A program made the translations under genes and the position numbers. A stretch of 64,000 nt of DNA from assembly GCA_965216315.1 (NCBI GenBank), contig CBDCFN010000016.1, forward strand, positions 1,728,001-1,792,000. Direction: 5' to 3'. This DNA comes from a bacterium. GTDB lineage: Bacteria; UBA10199; 2-02-FULL-50-16; JAJFLM01. Below are positions 38,403 to 49,515 of the stretch, in pieces. Numbering within the stretch: the first letter of the stretch is position 1; every line of letters starts with the position of its first letter. The notes beneath the pieces are model-generated. The model saw only the letters and a list, made by a program, of their open reading frames with translations, was not told the origin of the DNA and did not search any database.

Positions 38403-38526
38403 CGGAGGCCCGATTCTACCCGAATCAAAGCCCAAGTGAAAGTTTCCCGCGGCACAAAGAGAAGTCGCTGCCGGATAAGTCAACATCCTCGCTGGCACAA
38501 CCATAACCACCTCCTCAGCGAGAGTG

Positions 38527-38554
38527 ACTATCGTCCACCACAACGATAAGTTGT
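38527..38554 (-). promoter_or_regulatory. Sigma-28-like promoter motif, copy 4 (ACAACTTA-N11-GACGATAG)
   Basis: Minus strand CAACTT 38553-38548, 13-nt spacer, ACGATA 38534-38529, followed by GAGGAGG and an ATG at 38504. Confidence 0.65.
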
Positions 38555-38581
38555 GCTCATTGCGGATGCATTTTAATTTAC

Positions 38582-40066
38582 TTACGGCAGGTTCGTAGAA
38601 CCCATGAGGTAACGATCCACTTCACGCGCCGCTTCACGCCCTTCGTTAATCGCCCATACCACCAAGCTCTGGCCGCGGCGCATGTCACCCGCGGCAAAGA
38701 CTTTATCGACGCTGGTTTTATACTGGCCATAGGCGGCCTTGGCATTAGAGCGCTCGTCGCGTTCGACTTTTAACTGTTCGAGCACGGTATCTTCGGGGCC
38801 GAGAAAGCCTAAGGCAAGAAAGACTAATTGCACGGGCCAGATTTTTTCAGTCCCGGGAATTTCCTTCGGGAACATGCGGCCATTTTCGTCTTTGGCCCAT
38901 TCAATCTCTACCGTATGGAGTTCCTTGAGCTGCCCCTCTTCATCACCAACGAATTGTTTCGTCATGATGAGATAGGTCCGTGGATCTTTACCGAACTTAG
39001 CCTTGGCCTCTTCTTGCCCATAATCCAATTTGTAAATTTTTGGCCACTGCGGCCAAGGATTATCCGGTGCACGCTCCAAGGGAGGCTGCGGCATGATCTC
39101 AAACTGAACGACGCTTTTGCATTTATGCCGCATCGACGTGGCCACGCAGTCTGTTCCGGTATCCCCACCGCCGATGACAATGACATCTTTTCCTTCAGCG
39201 GAGATGAACTGACCGTCTTTATGGTTGCTGTCGAGCAGACTCTTGGTGTTCTTCGTCAAAAATTCCATTGCAAAATGAACACCTTTTAAGTCCCGGCCTT
39301 CAATAGGCAGGTCACGGGGCTTCGTCGCGCCGCCACAGAGTACGACGGCGTCAAAATCGTCGACTAACTTTTGGGCCGGAATATCCTTACCTATCTCGGT
39401 ACTCGTCACAAATTTCACACCCTCTTCCACTAACAGGCTAACCCGGCGCTCAACCTTCTTCTTGTCAAGATGGGGATTGGGAATGCCATACATCAACAGG
39501 CCGCCCACTCGATCCGCTCGCTCATAGACAGTTACTTGATGACCGGCCTTGTTGAGTTGGGCCGCACAGGCAAGACCCGAGGGCCCTGACCCGACTATGG
39601 CTACCGTCTTACCCGTCCGTTGTTCCGGAGGATCCGCGACAACCCAACCTTCGGCAAAACCACGCTCAATAATGTTGTTTTCGATGTTTTTAATCGTCAC
39701 CGGGGGCTCATTGATGCCTAAGACGCAAGAACCCTCACACGGGGCCGGACAGACCATCCCGGTAAATTCAGGAAAGTTATTGGTTTTGTGGAGACGCTCC
39801 AAGGCTTGTTTCCAGAGCCCTCGATAAACCAGGTCATTCCACTCGGGAATCAGGTTATTAATCGGGCACCCGGAGGCCATGTTGTTGATCAACATTCCGG
39901 TATGACAAAAAGGCACCCCGCAATTCATGCACCGCGAACCTTGTTCACGCAGATTCTTTTCTTCCGCGTGCTGATGAAGCTCGCCCCAGTCGTTAACCCG
40001 TTCTTCAGGAGAACGATCGAGCGGCAACTCCCGCGTAAATTCCATGAATCCCGTCGGCTTACCCAT
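38582..40066 (-). CDS. gltD: Glutamate synthase small subunit
   Basis: [56 protein letters not shown]. Confidence 0.97.
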   Translation of the reverse strand: MGKPTGFMEFTRELPLDRSPEERVNDWGELHQHAEEKNLREQGSRCMNCGVPFCHTGMLINNMASGCPINNLIPEWNDLVYRGLWKQALERLHKTNNFPEFTGMVCPAPCEGSCVLGINEPPVTIKNIENNIIERGFAEGWVVADPPEQRTGKTVAIVGSGPSGLACAAQLNKAGHQVTVYERADRVGGLLMYGIPNPHLDKKKVERRVSLLVEEGVKFVTSTEIGKDIPAQKLVDDFDAVVLCGGATKPRDLPIEGRDLKGVHFAMEFLTKNTKSLLDSNHKDGQFISAEGKDVIVIGGGDTGTDCVATSMRHKCKSVVQFEIMPQPPLERAPDNPWPQWPKIYKLDYGQEEAKAKFGKDPRTYLIMTKQFVGDEEGQLKELHTVEIEWAKDENGRMFPKEIPGTEKIWPVQLVFLALGFLGPEDTVLEQLKVERDERSNAKAAYGQYKTSVDKVFAAGDMRRGQSLVVWAINEGREAAREVDRYLMGSTNLP

Positions 40067-40068
40067 CT

Positions 40069-43000
40069 CTAGTTTCCTGCCACCCTCGCTTTTGCCTGAA
40101 CATTCGCTTCAAAGGCCGCCATGACCGCTTCGTCACCGCTCATCCCCGTCGCCTCAACCTGCTTCAAGGCCTCAAGCACACGTTTATAGTCCATCGGCAT
40201 CACCTTGATAATTTTTTCATTCAGCGCGTCCCAATCTTTTAGGACGCGTCGCCCCACCTCACTATCGGTATATTCAATATGCTTTTGAATCATCCCCTTG
40301 ATCGTCGCCTCATCTTCCGCGTCGAGCCGTTCCAGACATACCATCTGAGGATTGCAATCACGCGCAAAAGTACCGGCCTCGTCGAGAACGTAGGCAACCC
40401 CACCGGACATACCCGCCGCAAAGTTTCGTCCGGCCGGACCCAAAATAACCACACAACCGCCCGTCATGTACTCACAGCCATGATCGCCAACCCCTTCAAC
40501 CACAGCACGAACCCCACTATTACGGACACAAAAGCGCTCTCCGGCCACACCACGGATATAAGCTTCACCCCCGGTCGCGCCGTAAAAGGCCACATTGCCG
40601 ACGATAATATTGTCTTCCGGGACAAAACTCGCTGCGGCTGAGGGAAAGACCATAATCTTGCCCCCATTTAGCCCCTTGCCGATATAATCGTTGGCATCCC
40701 CTTCGAGCCGTAGGGTCATTCCATTGGGCACGAAGGCCCCAAAACTTTGGCCGGCAGAACCCTGAAACGTCAATCGGATCGTATCATCCGGTAAACCCTC
40801 CGCCCCGTAGCGTTTAGAGATCTCGCTACCGACAATCGTCCCCACGACCCGATTGATATTCCTGATGGGCAGCGTCGCTTCCACCGGTCGCTTCTCTTCA
40901 AGCGCCTTCTTACAGATATCCAGCAAATGCGTGTTATCTAATGCTTTATCCAGTCCGTGATCTTGCTCGATTGTCTGGCGGATCTCCACGCTCTCCGGAA
41001 CATCAGGCCGATAGAGAATCTTGTCAAAATTGATGGTCTTGGCCTTCCAGTGATCAACTTTGCGAGGCTGTAAAATATCAGTCCGGCCGATCATCTCATC
41101 GAGACTCCTAAACCCCAGCTCGGCCATAAGCTCGCGGGCCTGCCGTGCGACCATCTGCATGAAGTTAACGACATGGGCCGGATCACCGGTAAATTTCCGG
41201 CGTAACACCGGATTCTGCGTTGCCACGCCTACAGGACACGTATTCAAGTGACAGACCCGCATCATGATGCACCCCAGTGTCACCAAAGGCGCGGTGGAAA
41301 ACCCGTACTCTTCGGCGCCTAGTAACGCGGCTATCACCACATCACGACCGGTCTTAAGCTGCCCATCCGTCTCCAACACGACACGACTCCTCAGATCGTT
41401 CAGCACCAGGGTCTGGTGCGTCTCCGCCAACCCAAGTTCCCATGAGATACCGGCGTTCTTGATACTCGTTTGAGGTGAGGCCCCCGTACCGCCGTCATAC
41501 CCCGCAATTAAAATGACATCGGCATGGGCCTTTGCCACCCCGGCAGCAATGGTTCCCACACCAACTTCCGAGACGAGTTTGACGTTAATGCGGGCATTCG
41601 GGTTTGAATTTTTTAAATCATGAATCAATTCAGCCAGATCTTCGATAGAATAAATATCATGATGCGGCGGTGGCGAAATCAGACCCACGCCCGGGGTTGA
41701 AAACCGCACCTTCGCCACCCAAGGATACACTTTATGGCCGGGCAGCTGTCCCCCTTCGCCGGGCTTGGCCCCTTGAGCAATTTTGATTTGAATTTCTTGG
41801 GCATTGACCAAATAGTGGCTGGTGACACCAAAACGTCCTGACGCGACCTGCTTGATGGCACTGCACCGAGAATCACCGTTTTCATCCGGAATAAAGCGCG
41901 CGGGATCTTCACCCCCTTCACCCGTATTGCTTTTACCACCAATACGGTTCATCGCAATGGCGAGGCTTTCGTGCGCCTCACTGCTGATTGACCCATAAGA
42001 CATGGCTCCCGTCTTGAAGCGACGGCAGATCGCATCCACTGATTCGACTTCGTCAAGAGGCACCGGCTTGGCACCGGCTTTAAAGTCAAGGAGTCCGCGC
42101 AAGGTGCACCAACGCTTTTCTTGATTGTCGACGGCAGCCGCGTAACTCTTAAACAACTCATAATCATTCGTTTTGACTGCCGCCTGCAGCTTGTGAACCG
42201 TTGTCGGATTAAAGAGATGCTCTTCACCACCCTTCCGCCACTGGTAATCCCCACCGGCCTGCAAGGCCGCTCCGTCTGTTTCACGCTCGGTATATCCCAA
42301 CTGATGACGAAGTCGGGTTTCTTCGGCGACTTCCGCTAAACCGATTCCGCCAATCCGCGTCGCGGTCCAGGTAAAATACTTATTAATAAACTCTTCATTC
42401 AGACCAACCGCCTCAAAGATCTGTGCGCCACGATAACTTTGTATGGTCGAGATCCCAACTTTAGAGAGGACTTTGACCACCCCTTTCATCGCCCCCTTGA
42501 GATAATTTTTTACAGCCTCTTCGTGACTGATATCGGTCAAGAGACCCTGACGAATCATGTCATCCAAAGACTCAAAGGCAAGATAAGGATTGATCGCGCC
42601 GGCACCATAACCCAACAACATACAAAAATGATGAACTTCCCGTGGCTCCCCTGATTCGAGCACGATATTACAGCGTGTCCGCGTCCCTTGCCGTATCAAG
42701 TGATGATGAAGCCCGGCGACAGCAAGCAACGCCGGAATGGGGGCCTTTTCATGACTAATCTCACGATCAGTAAGGATGATAATATTATGCCCGGTTTCGA
42801 TCGCTTGATCCGCCTGTTTAAATAGGGATTCAAGTGCCGATTCAAGAGCTTTGGCTCCCCCCTCTACGTCATAAAGGATAGGAAAGGTCGCTGATTTAAA
42901 ACCAGGTTGATCCAGATGAGTTAATCGAGCCATTTCTTCGTTGTCGAGAATCGGGGACTTCATCTTGATCAAACGGCATGAATCGGGTTGAGGGTCGATC

Positions 43001-44661
43001 AAATTCCCCTCAGATCCGATTGTCGTCTGCGTCGCCGTCACAATTTCTTCTCGAATCGCATCGATGGCCGGGTTGGTCACTTGAGCAAACATCTGCTTAA
43101 AATAGTTGTAGAGCAGTTGCGGTTGATTCGAGAGTATCGCCAAAGGAGCATCGTTACCCATGGACCCAATCGCCTCAACGCCACTGACAGCCATTGGCTC
43201 GATTAAAAGTCGTAGCTGCTCAAACGTGTACCCAAAGGCTCGCTGTCGTTGCAGTACGGTTTCATGGTCCGGCACCGGAACTTGCGGTGGTTTCGGCAAA
43301 TCCTCTAAGGCAATAAGGTTTTGATCAAGCCATTCTTTATACGGTTCGGCTTCCGCAAGTTCCTGCTTTAACTCTTCATCACCGATGATGCGCTGCTGTT
43401 GAGTATCAATCAGGAACATGCGCCCGGGCTGCAAACGTCCCTTAAACGCGACATTCGCCGGATCGACATCCAGAACCCCCACTTCGGAGGCCATAATAAC
43501 CTTGTCATCCTTAGTCACATAATAGCGGGACGGACGCAGTCCATTGCGATCCAGCACCGCCCCCACACAAAGACCGTCCGTAAACGTTATCGAGGCGGGA
43601 CCATCCCAGGGCTCCATAAGGCAGCTGTGATATTCGTAAAAAGCTTTCTTTTGCGGATCCATTGAAACATGACGAGACCACGGTTCGGGTATCATCATCA
43701 TAACGGCATGTGGCAATGAACGCCCGGACAGGGTAAGAAATTCCAAGCAATTATCAAACATCGCCGAGTCACTGCCTTCTTGATCAATAACCGGAAATAT
43801 CTTCTTGATATCGTCACCAAAATGATTCGAAGCAAGCATAGCCTCACGGGCATGCATCCAGTTGACATTTCCTCTGAGCGTGTTGATTTCTCCGTTATGC
43901 GCCATGTAGCGATTGGGATGGGCACGGTCCCAATTCGGAAAGGTATTAGTGCTAAACCGGGAGTGAACCAAAATAATCGCGGACTCCATGTCCGGATCCG
44001 CAATTTCAGGAAAATATAAAGGCACCTGATCACACATCAGCATCCCTTTATACACCATCGTCTTGTACGATAAGCTGGCAATATAGAAGTTATCGCATTC
44101 GTGTATGCCCGCCGCCCGAGTCTCATTGACAACACGTTTATTGATCACAAAAAGTTTGCGCTCAAAAGCTATCTCGCTGGTGATATCTTTACTGCGCCGG
44201 ATGAAAACCTGACGAACAAAGGGCTGGCAATCCCGGGCCGTTTTACCCAGCGAGCTATCGTCAGTGGGGACATCCCGCCACCCAATCAACTCCTGACCCT
44301 CTTCTTCAATAACCTTTTTAAAGATCTCTTCGCATTGTTGTCGCAGTTTTGGCTGCTGCGGCAAAAAGATCATCCCGACCCCATATTGCCCGGGTTCGGG
44401 TAGCTCAAGGCCGGCATCCTGTTTGGCGACTTTCTTGAGCAACTTATGCGGGACCTGAATAAGAATTCCCGCCCCATCTCCCGTATTATGCTCACTCCCA
44501 CACGCGCCTCGATGGGCCAGCCGAAGCAAGACTTCGAGGCCATCTTCAACAATCTCGTGCGAGCGCACTCCCTTGATATTGACGACAAAGCCTGCCCCGC
44601 AGGAGTCGTGCTCATAATACGGGTCATAGAGTCCCTGTTTTTGAGGGCGCTTCAGAGTCAT
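40069..44661 (-). CDS. gltB: Glutamate synthase large subunit
   Basis: [69 protein letters not shown]. Confidence 0.98.
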   Translation of the reverse strand: MTLKRPQKQGLYDPYYEHDSCGAGFVVNIKGVRSHEIVEDGLEVLLRLAHRGACGSEHNTGDGAGILIQVPHKLLKKVAKQDAGLELPEPGQYGVGMIFLPQQPKLRQQCEEIFKKVIEEEGQELIGWRDVPTDDSSLGKTARDCQPFVRQVFIRRSKDITSEIAFERKLFVINKRVVNETRAAGIHECDNFYIASLSYKTMVYKGMLMCDQVPLYFPEIADPDMESAIILVHSRFSTNTFPNWDRAHPNRYMAHNGEINTLRGNVNWMHAREAMLASNHFGDDIKKIFPVIDQEGSDSAMFDNCLEFLTLSGRSLPHAVMMMIPEPWSRHVSMDPQKKAFYEYHSCLMEPWDGPASITFTDGLCVGAVLDRNGLRPSRYYVTKDDKVIMASEVGVLDVDPANVAFKGRLQPGRMFLIDTQQQRIIGDEELKQELAEAEPYKEWLDQNLIALEDLPKPPQVPVPDHETVLQRQRAFGYTFEQLRLLIEPMAVSGVEAIGSMGNDAPLAILSNQPQLLYNYFKQMFAQVTNPAIDAIREEIVTATQTTIGSEGNLIDPQPDSCRLIKMKSPILDNEEMARLTHLDQPGFKSATFPILYDVEGGAKALESALESLFKQADQAIETGHNIIILTDREISHEKAPIPALLAVAGLHHHLIRQGTRTRCNIVLESGEPREVHHFCMLLGYGAGAINPYLAFESLDDMIRQGLLTDISHEEAVKNYLKGAMKGVVKVLSKVGISTIQSYRGAQIFEAVGLNEEFINKYFTWTATRIGGIGLAEVAEETRLRHQLGYTERETDGAALQAGGDYQWRKGGEEHLFNPTTVHKLQAAVKTNDYELFKSYAAAVDNQEKRWCTLRGLLDFKAGAKPVPLDEVESVDAICRRFKTGAMSYGSISSEAHESLAIAMNRIGGKSNTGEGGEDPARFIPDENGDSRCSAIKQVASGRFGVTSHYLVNAQEIQIKIAQGAKPGEGGQLPGHKVYPWVAKVRFSTPGVGLISPPPHHDIYSIEDLAELIHDLKNSNPNARINVKLVSEVGVGTIAAGVAKAHADVILIAGYDGGTGASPQTSIKNAGISWELGLAETHQTLVLNDLRSRVVLETDGQLKTGRDVVIAALLGAEEYGFSTAPLVTLGCIMMRVCHLNTCPVGVATQNPVLRRKFTGDPAHVVNFMQMVARQARELMAELGFRSLDEMIGRTDILQPRKVDHWKAKTINFDKILYRPDVPESVEIRQTIEQDHGLDKALDNTHLLDICKKALEEKRPVEATLPIRNINRVVGTIVGSEISKRYGAEGLPDDTIRLTFQGSAGQSFGAFVPNGMTLRLEGDANDYIGKGLNGGKIMVFPSAAASFVPEDNIIVGNVAFYGATGGEAYIRGVAGERFCVRNSGVRAVVEGVGDHGCEYMTGGCVVILGPAGRNFAAGMSGGVAYVLDEAGTFARDCNPQMVCLERLDAEDEATIKGMIQKHIEYTDSEVGRRVLKDWDALNEKIIKVMPMDYKRVLEALKQVEATGMSGDEAVMAAFEANVQAKARVAGN

Positions 44662-44785
44662 TCACCTTCCTTATAAATAAGGGGTTGTTACGAAAATAGC
44701 CCTGGATGGAGAGCCAGTGCCAAAATCATCTCAGCCGGAGAGATTTACCGAGAATTGATCCTAATTTCAAGCCCTAAGCCCAAAT

Positions 44786-45661
44786 TTAGTCTTCTCCCAG
44801 GGCTACGGCCTTGCGGTCCTTAAGGTTGAGTCGCGCAATATGGATGCCGGCGGCCACGATCAGAACCATCCCAATAAACTTATATATATCAGGGGTTTCT
44901 CGCCAAAACATCAGGCCATAGATAAAGGACATGGCAACCCCCACATAGGAGAACGGTGCCAGCCGCGCTGCCTCTTCGTAGCGATAGGAAACGGTCATGA
45001 ATATCTGCCCCCCCGTACCAAAGACACCGGCCCCCAATAAGGCGAGCCACTGAAACGGCGTCGGCGGTACAAAATTGAGGGTCATCAGGGGCAGCGCAAG
45101 CAACGATGAAATCGAGGCAAAATGAAAGGCTATTACCCAGGAGCTCTCGGTCTGGTGCAGGTGCCGGACGGTCACATAAGCCAGTCCCGCAGCCGCCCCA
45201 CCCAACACGGCGATCACACCATAGACATTAAATACCGACCAGCCCGGCTTCAAAATAAGGATCACTCCCGTTAAGGCGATCACCATATACAGAACCAATC
45301 GCCCTCCCACTTTTTCTTTCAGAAATAGCATGGCAAAAAGCGCCACAAAAAAAGGTGAGGTTTGGTGCAACACGGCGGCGTCGGCGAAGGGAATATGCGC
45401 CAACGCATAAAAACCACAACTCATTGCCGCAAACCCAGCAAGACTTCGAAACAGCAGTGCCCTGCGATTTTGGCCGAGTATGGGCAATCCACGCCGTACG
45501 ATGACAAGACCGATGAGTAAGGAACTTACAATCGTACGAAAAAAAACCGCTTGATAGACGGGGATCTCCGCCAGTGCATATTTCAGACAGGCCCCCATGG
45601 AGGCAAAAAAGACCGCCGAAATGACCATAAAGAGGATTCCGCGAACGGCTGAATGACTCAT
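44786..45661 (-). CDS. DMT/EamA family transporter
   Basis: About 10 TMs in two EamA halves; FFR, SPFF..FLKEK, GQ..LAPFSY. Confidence 0.9.
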   Translation of the reverse strand: MSHSAVRGILFMVISAVFFASMGACLKYALAEIPVYQAVFFRTIVSSLLIGLVIVRRGLPILGQNRRALLFRSLAGFAAMSCGFYALAHIPFADAAVLHQTSPFFVALFAMLFLKEKVGGRLVLYMVIALTGVILILKPGWSVFNVYGVIAVLGGAAAGLAYVTVRHLHQTESSWVIAFHFASISSLLALPLMTLNFVPPTPFQWLALLGAGVFGTGGQIFMTVSYRYEEAARLAPFSYVGVAMSFIYGLMFWRETPDIYKFIGMVLIVAAGIHIARLNLKDRKAVALGED

Positions 45662-46593
45662 TTTATTTCAATACGATTCGATAGCATCGAGTCGGGCATT
45701 TCTTCATGGGATTTATTACAGAAGTCGACGCGGATATATAAGGGCGCAGCAAGCGGCGCCCCTACACGTTTAGGAATCTTCCAATGAATGCGTCGCGCCT
45801 CTTTTCTATCTCTGATCACGCGGCAAGCCTGGCTACCCGCATGGTTCAAGAAAGTCGGCTTAAATTTTTTGATAATTTTTTCATCTCCCTCTTCACTCAG
45901 AGAGACTAACTTCATTTGATCTCGAATCCCAAAGGGGTACTCAGTGATACGGATGACATTCAGCTTAAGCATCTCTTCACTGTGATAAATATCACGATCT
46001 GTGCGGACCAGGATCTTTTTGTTATGGTCACTAATCTTAGTTTTGACCTTTGAAGTCGCTCCCGTCCACCAGCGAGCAGGCCCGGTATCGACGTGAACCG
46101 ACTGTTTTCCGTACCAACCAACCCCACAACAATTCTTGTCCCTCATTTTTTCCCAAAGGTACTTCCCTTGGACGCCCTTGATCTCAATATCCGCGGCCAT
46201 TCCTTCCATATGCGTACTCGCCTTGGCGACGGTTCTCCCTTTATCCCGTAATCCCTGATTGTATTTAGGTGATCGGTAGGCAGAGTTTAATTGTATTGTT
46301 TTTTCACCATCACCAAACTCATCTTGAATGAAATCCAGTAAGGCGATAAAGCGCAGGGACATGTGCTCAATAGGATCACTCTTCTTGAGACCAAAGAGCT
46401 GGTCGATCTGTTCTCGAGCTTCCAGCGGATAAGAACCGTCCGCTAAACGATACTGAATGGTTTCACGTCGGCCATTCTTGGGGTTGAACAGGCGCACCGC
46501 CCCATCCCCTTCCATGAAAAACCGGCCTATCGGGCCGGCTGCAAAACTACTCAGCGGCAACAGCACTGCTAAAAAGAATAATATGTATCTCAC
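45658..46593 (-). CDS. YcbK/DUF882 (peptidase M15A-like) exported protein with a C-terminal extension
   Basis: Signal peptide; SAYRSPKYN, STHMEGMAADI (HxxxxxxD), GVGWY..VHVDTG. Confidence 0.85.
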   Translation of the reverse strand: MRYILFFLAVLLPLSSFAAGPIGRFFMEGDGAVRLFNPKNGRRETIQYRLADGSYPLEAREQIDQLFGLKKSDPIEHMSLRFIALLDFIQDEFGDGEKTIQLNSAYRSPKYNQGLRDKGRTVAKASTHMEGMAADIEIKGVQGKYLWEKMRDKNCCGVGWYGKQSVHVDTGPARWWTGATSKVKTKISDHNKKILVRTDRDIYHSEEMLKLNVIRITEYPFGIRDQMKLVSLSEEGDEKIIKKFKPTFLNHAGSQACRVIRDRKEARRIHWKIPKRVGAPLAAPLYIRVDFCNKSHEEMPDSMLSNRIEIK

Positions 46594-46709
46594 GCCCGCT
46601 ACAGTGCTAACAGAGACAAAGCATTGTCAAGATTACCCCAAACTGATTGAAAATTAATGATTTTGAGCCCTTGACTTGAAAGCAAAATCTTCGTTAGCCT
46701 TCGGACTCA

Positions 46710-47852
46710 ATGCGCCACGTCTACCTCGACCACAATGCAACGACTCCATTAGCTTCCGAAGTATTTGCAGCCATGAAGCCTTACCTCAGTGGTTGGGTCG
46801 GCAATGCATCTAGCCTCCACTGGGCCGGAGCCTCGGCAAAGCAAGCGATCGAGAAGGCACGCGGACAGGTTGCAACACTTATTAATGCCCTCCCCAAAGA
46901 AATAGTTTTTACCAGCGGCAGCACTGAGTCGATCAATCAAGTCCTCAAAGGAATCTTTGCTCCGAGGAACCGGAAAAAAAATCACCTCATCATCAGCACA
47001 GTAGAGCACCATGCCACCCTTGATTGCGCAGAAACCTTGGCATCATGGGGCGTCGATGTTGATACGATTCCGGTGAACTCTTCAGGGTGCATTGATCCCA
47101 CTGAGATTATCGCCAGGGTTCGAGAGGATACGGGGCTCATCTCTTTACTCTGGGCTAATAATGAAACCGGTACTATTTATCCTGTTGAGGCCATCGTTAA
47201 CATCGCACATGAAGCTGGCATTCCTGTCCACCTCGATGCCGCCCAAGCCCTGGGCAAGATTGCTATCGATGTGAGGCGCGTCCCCGTCGATTATCTCTCG
47301 TGTTCAGCGCACAAAATTTATGGCCCACAAGGAGTAGGCGCGTTGTTTATTCGACACGACCGCAAACTGAGACGCCTACATGATGGTGGCGATCAAGAAC
47401 GCAAACGCCGCGGTGGAACGGAAAATGTCGCCGGCATTGTTGGCTTTGGACAGGCCGCTGAAATCAGCCAACGTCGCTTTGACGATGACAAGAACCAACA
47501 GTCGCAGCTTAGAGACCGTCTGGAACAAGGCCTCAAAAACTTATTCACCGATATTATTATTAACGGCGAGTCGTCTCCTCGCCTCTATAATACCGTTAAT
47601 GTCCGCTTCCCTGGCATTGCAAATGAAACCCTGTTAATCGCCCTTGACCTGGAAGGAATCGCGGTCAGTTCAGGTTCCGCGTGTAGTAGCGGCGCTATTG
47701 AGCCGTCTCACGTCCTCATGGCGATGGGTTGCACGGCAGAGGAAGCGAGAAGTGCTATTCGTTTTAGTCTTGGGCGCGGTAATACTCTCGCCGATATCAA
47801 TTATGTTCTCGACGTCCTTCCCCGGCTCGTTCGGCAACTGCAAGCGGCTTAA
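46710..47852 (+). CDS. Cysteine desulfurase (IscS/NifS group I)
   Basis: YLDHNATTP, FTSGSTES, NNETG, SAHKIYGPQG (PLP Lys), SSGSACSS. Confidence 0.95.
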   Translation: MRHVYLDHNATTPLASEVFAAMKPYLSGWVGNASSLHWAGASAKQAIEKARGQVATLINALPKEIVFTSGSTESINQVLKGIFAPRNRKKNHLIISTVEHHATLDCAETLASWGVDVDTIPVNSSGCIDPTEIIARVREDTGLISLLWANNETGTIYPVEAIVNIAHEAGIPVHLDAAQALGKIAIDVRRVPVDYLSCSAHKIYGPQGVGALFIRHDRKLRRLHDGGDQERKRRGGTENVAGIVGFGQAAEISQRRFDDDKNQQSQLRDRLEQGLKNLFTDIIINGESSPRLYNTVNVRFPGIANETLLIALDLEGIAVSSGSACSSGAIEPSHVLMAMGCTAEEARSAIRFSLGRGNTLADINYVLDVLPRLVRQLQAA

Positions 47853-47893
47853 TATCCTTTACAAGCCAACTCTCTAAGTATAATGAAGTAAAC

Positions 47894-48205
47894 ATGCATC
47901 TCGGCGTCGTACTCTGGAAAGAGCAGCACACACCGAAGGCAACGGAATTACGTGACCGCATGAAAGATGATGGTTTCGATGTCATCGATTGGTCCGACCC
48001 TGCAGGAGCCGTTTACCAACCACACGCCCATAATCACGATGAAGTGATTGTCCCTTACGATGGCCGAATTGAGTTTATTATTGAGGGACAAAACTATCTC
48101 CTTGATCCCGGCGATGCGCTTTTCTTGCCGAAGGGAACGATCCATTCTGCGCGCGTGGGCGGTGACGGGGCTTCATACCTGATAGGACAGCCCAGCACGC
48201 GTTGA
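47894..48205 (+). CDS. Cupin domain protein
   Basis: PHAHNHDE..G..F....LDPGDALFLPKGTIHSA. Confidence 0.88.
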   Translation: MHLGVVLWKEQHTPKATELRDRMKDDGFDVIDWSDPAGAVYQPHAHNHDEVIVPYDGRIEFIIEGQNYLLDPGDALFLPKGTIHSARVGGDGASYLIGQPSTR

Positions 48206-48224
48206 ATCGGGTTCGTCAGGTGGG

Positions 48225-48254
48225 TTGACAGACTCCACCAAGATTCCTTATTAA
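48225..48254 (+). promoter_or_regulatory. Sigma-70 promoter predicted to give a leaderless mRNA
   Basis: TTGACA 48225-48230, N18, TATTAA 48249-48254; ATG at 48261 with no SD. Confidence 0.55.
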
Positions 48255-48260
48255 GCCGCC

Positions 48261-49415
48261 ATGTCTCACACCTTAAGCCATGACTTGACGAACCATTTTC
48301 CTGAATTTGCCCGCTTTAATTCAACCCCGGATCTGGAATCGTCCTCCCTGTTCCAGCAACTCAAACCGCAGATCATGAAGGTTCTTGAAGGTTTTGAGCA
48401 TGAAAGTTTTGCGCCCACGGCCGCCCCCAAACAGAATTACAAGGCGGTCGCCTGGAATATTGAACGAGGCCGGCATTATAAAGGTGTTCGTAGCATCTTA
48501 GGCGAACATCCTGAAATCGCGGATGCAGACATTTTTCTGCTAACGGAATGTGACCTCGGGATGGCGCGTTCGGAAAACCGGCACGTCGCGCGCCAACTAG
48601 CCGAAGAACTAAACCTTAATTATTTTTTCGCACCCTCCTATATCAACCTGAGCAAGGGTTGCGGTCACGAAGTCGAATATGACGGTGAGAATACACTTGG
48701 GATTCATGGAAATGCGATTTTTTCGCGTTATCCGCTCAGTAATTTCAGGACGGCCGACCTTCCTAACGGTAAGGATAAAATGAAAGGCAACGAAAAGCGC
48801 ATCGGTCAGCAAAAAGCGCTCGTTGCTGACGTCGAACTAGGCAATCAGACTGTCACCGTAGCCTGCGCTCATTTGGATGCCCATTCTTCACAAAACCGTC
48901 GCGCTGAACAATTGAGCTGCGTGATTGACCTCATTGAAAAAAGCGGTGAGCCTCATCCAATTATTTTGGGCGGAGACTGGAATACAAGTACTTACAATTC
49001 AAGTCGCGCTATTCATGCGATCATCGGTTTTTGGGTCCGTGTCTGCAGCGGCATTGATAACATGATCGTTAACCATTATCCTCATCCGGATCGCTTCTGG
49101 GAAAAAAAGCTCTTTGAAATGCTCGAGGAGCGCGGCTTTGATTACAAAAACGCTAATAAATATGGAGCGGGCACGCTCATTTACGACATCAAAGACCCGG
49201 AGCAAGAGAAAAACCTCAAAGAATGGGTGCCCCCATGGTGTTTCCGCTTTATTGAGTGGGCTCTACGCAATCATAACGGCCGCCTTGAGTTCAAACTCGA
49301 CTGGTTAGCGGGACGAAAGCTCGAGACATTCAATCCAAAAGTCATCGAAAATGTTGTTGTCGACGGCAAAAGGTCCAGCGACCATGCTGCGATTACAACA
49401 GAGTTCCGCTTCTAG
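48261..49415 (+). CDS. Endonuclease/exonuclease/phosphatase (EEP) family protein
   Basis: AWNIERG, LLTECD, GNAIFSRYP, AHLD, GGDWNT, KLDW, SDH. Confidence 0.9.
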   Translation: MSHTLSHDLTNHFPEFARFNSTPDLESSSLFQQLKPQIMKVLEGFEHESFAPTAAPKQNYKAVAWNIERGRHYKGVRSILGEHPEIADADIFLLTECDLGMARSENRHVARQLAEELNLNYFFAPSYINLSKGCGHEVEYDGENTLGIHGNAIFSRYPLSNFRTADLPNGKDKMKGNEKRIGQQKALVADVELGNQTVTVACAHLDAHSSQNRRAEQLSCVIDLIEKSGEPHPIILGGDWNTSTYNSSRAIHAIIGFWVRVCSGIDNMIVNHYPHPDRFWEKKLFEMLEERGFDYKNANKYGAGTLIYDIKDPEQEKNLKEWVPPWCFRFIEWALRNHNGRLEFKLDWLAGRKLETFNPKVIENVVVDGKRSSDHAAITTEFRF

Positions 49416-49515
49416 CCGGCTATTAGGATAAGTACTCTCCCCGATAAGGGCCCAATCCCTATTGGAATAAACTTTGATGACAACGTACATTAATTTTGTT
49501 AAATTACGTATCACT

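Noticed and set aside
49421..49447. CCCGATAA upstream of the VWA gene as a sixth sigma-28-like site
   Set aside because: The -35 position reads TATTAGGA, with no CAAC at the fixed spacing.
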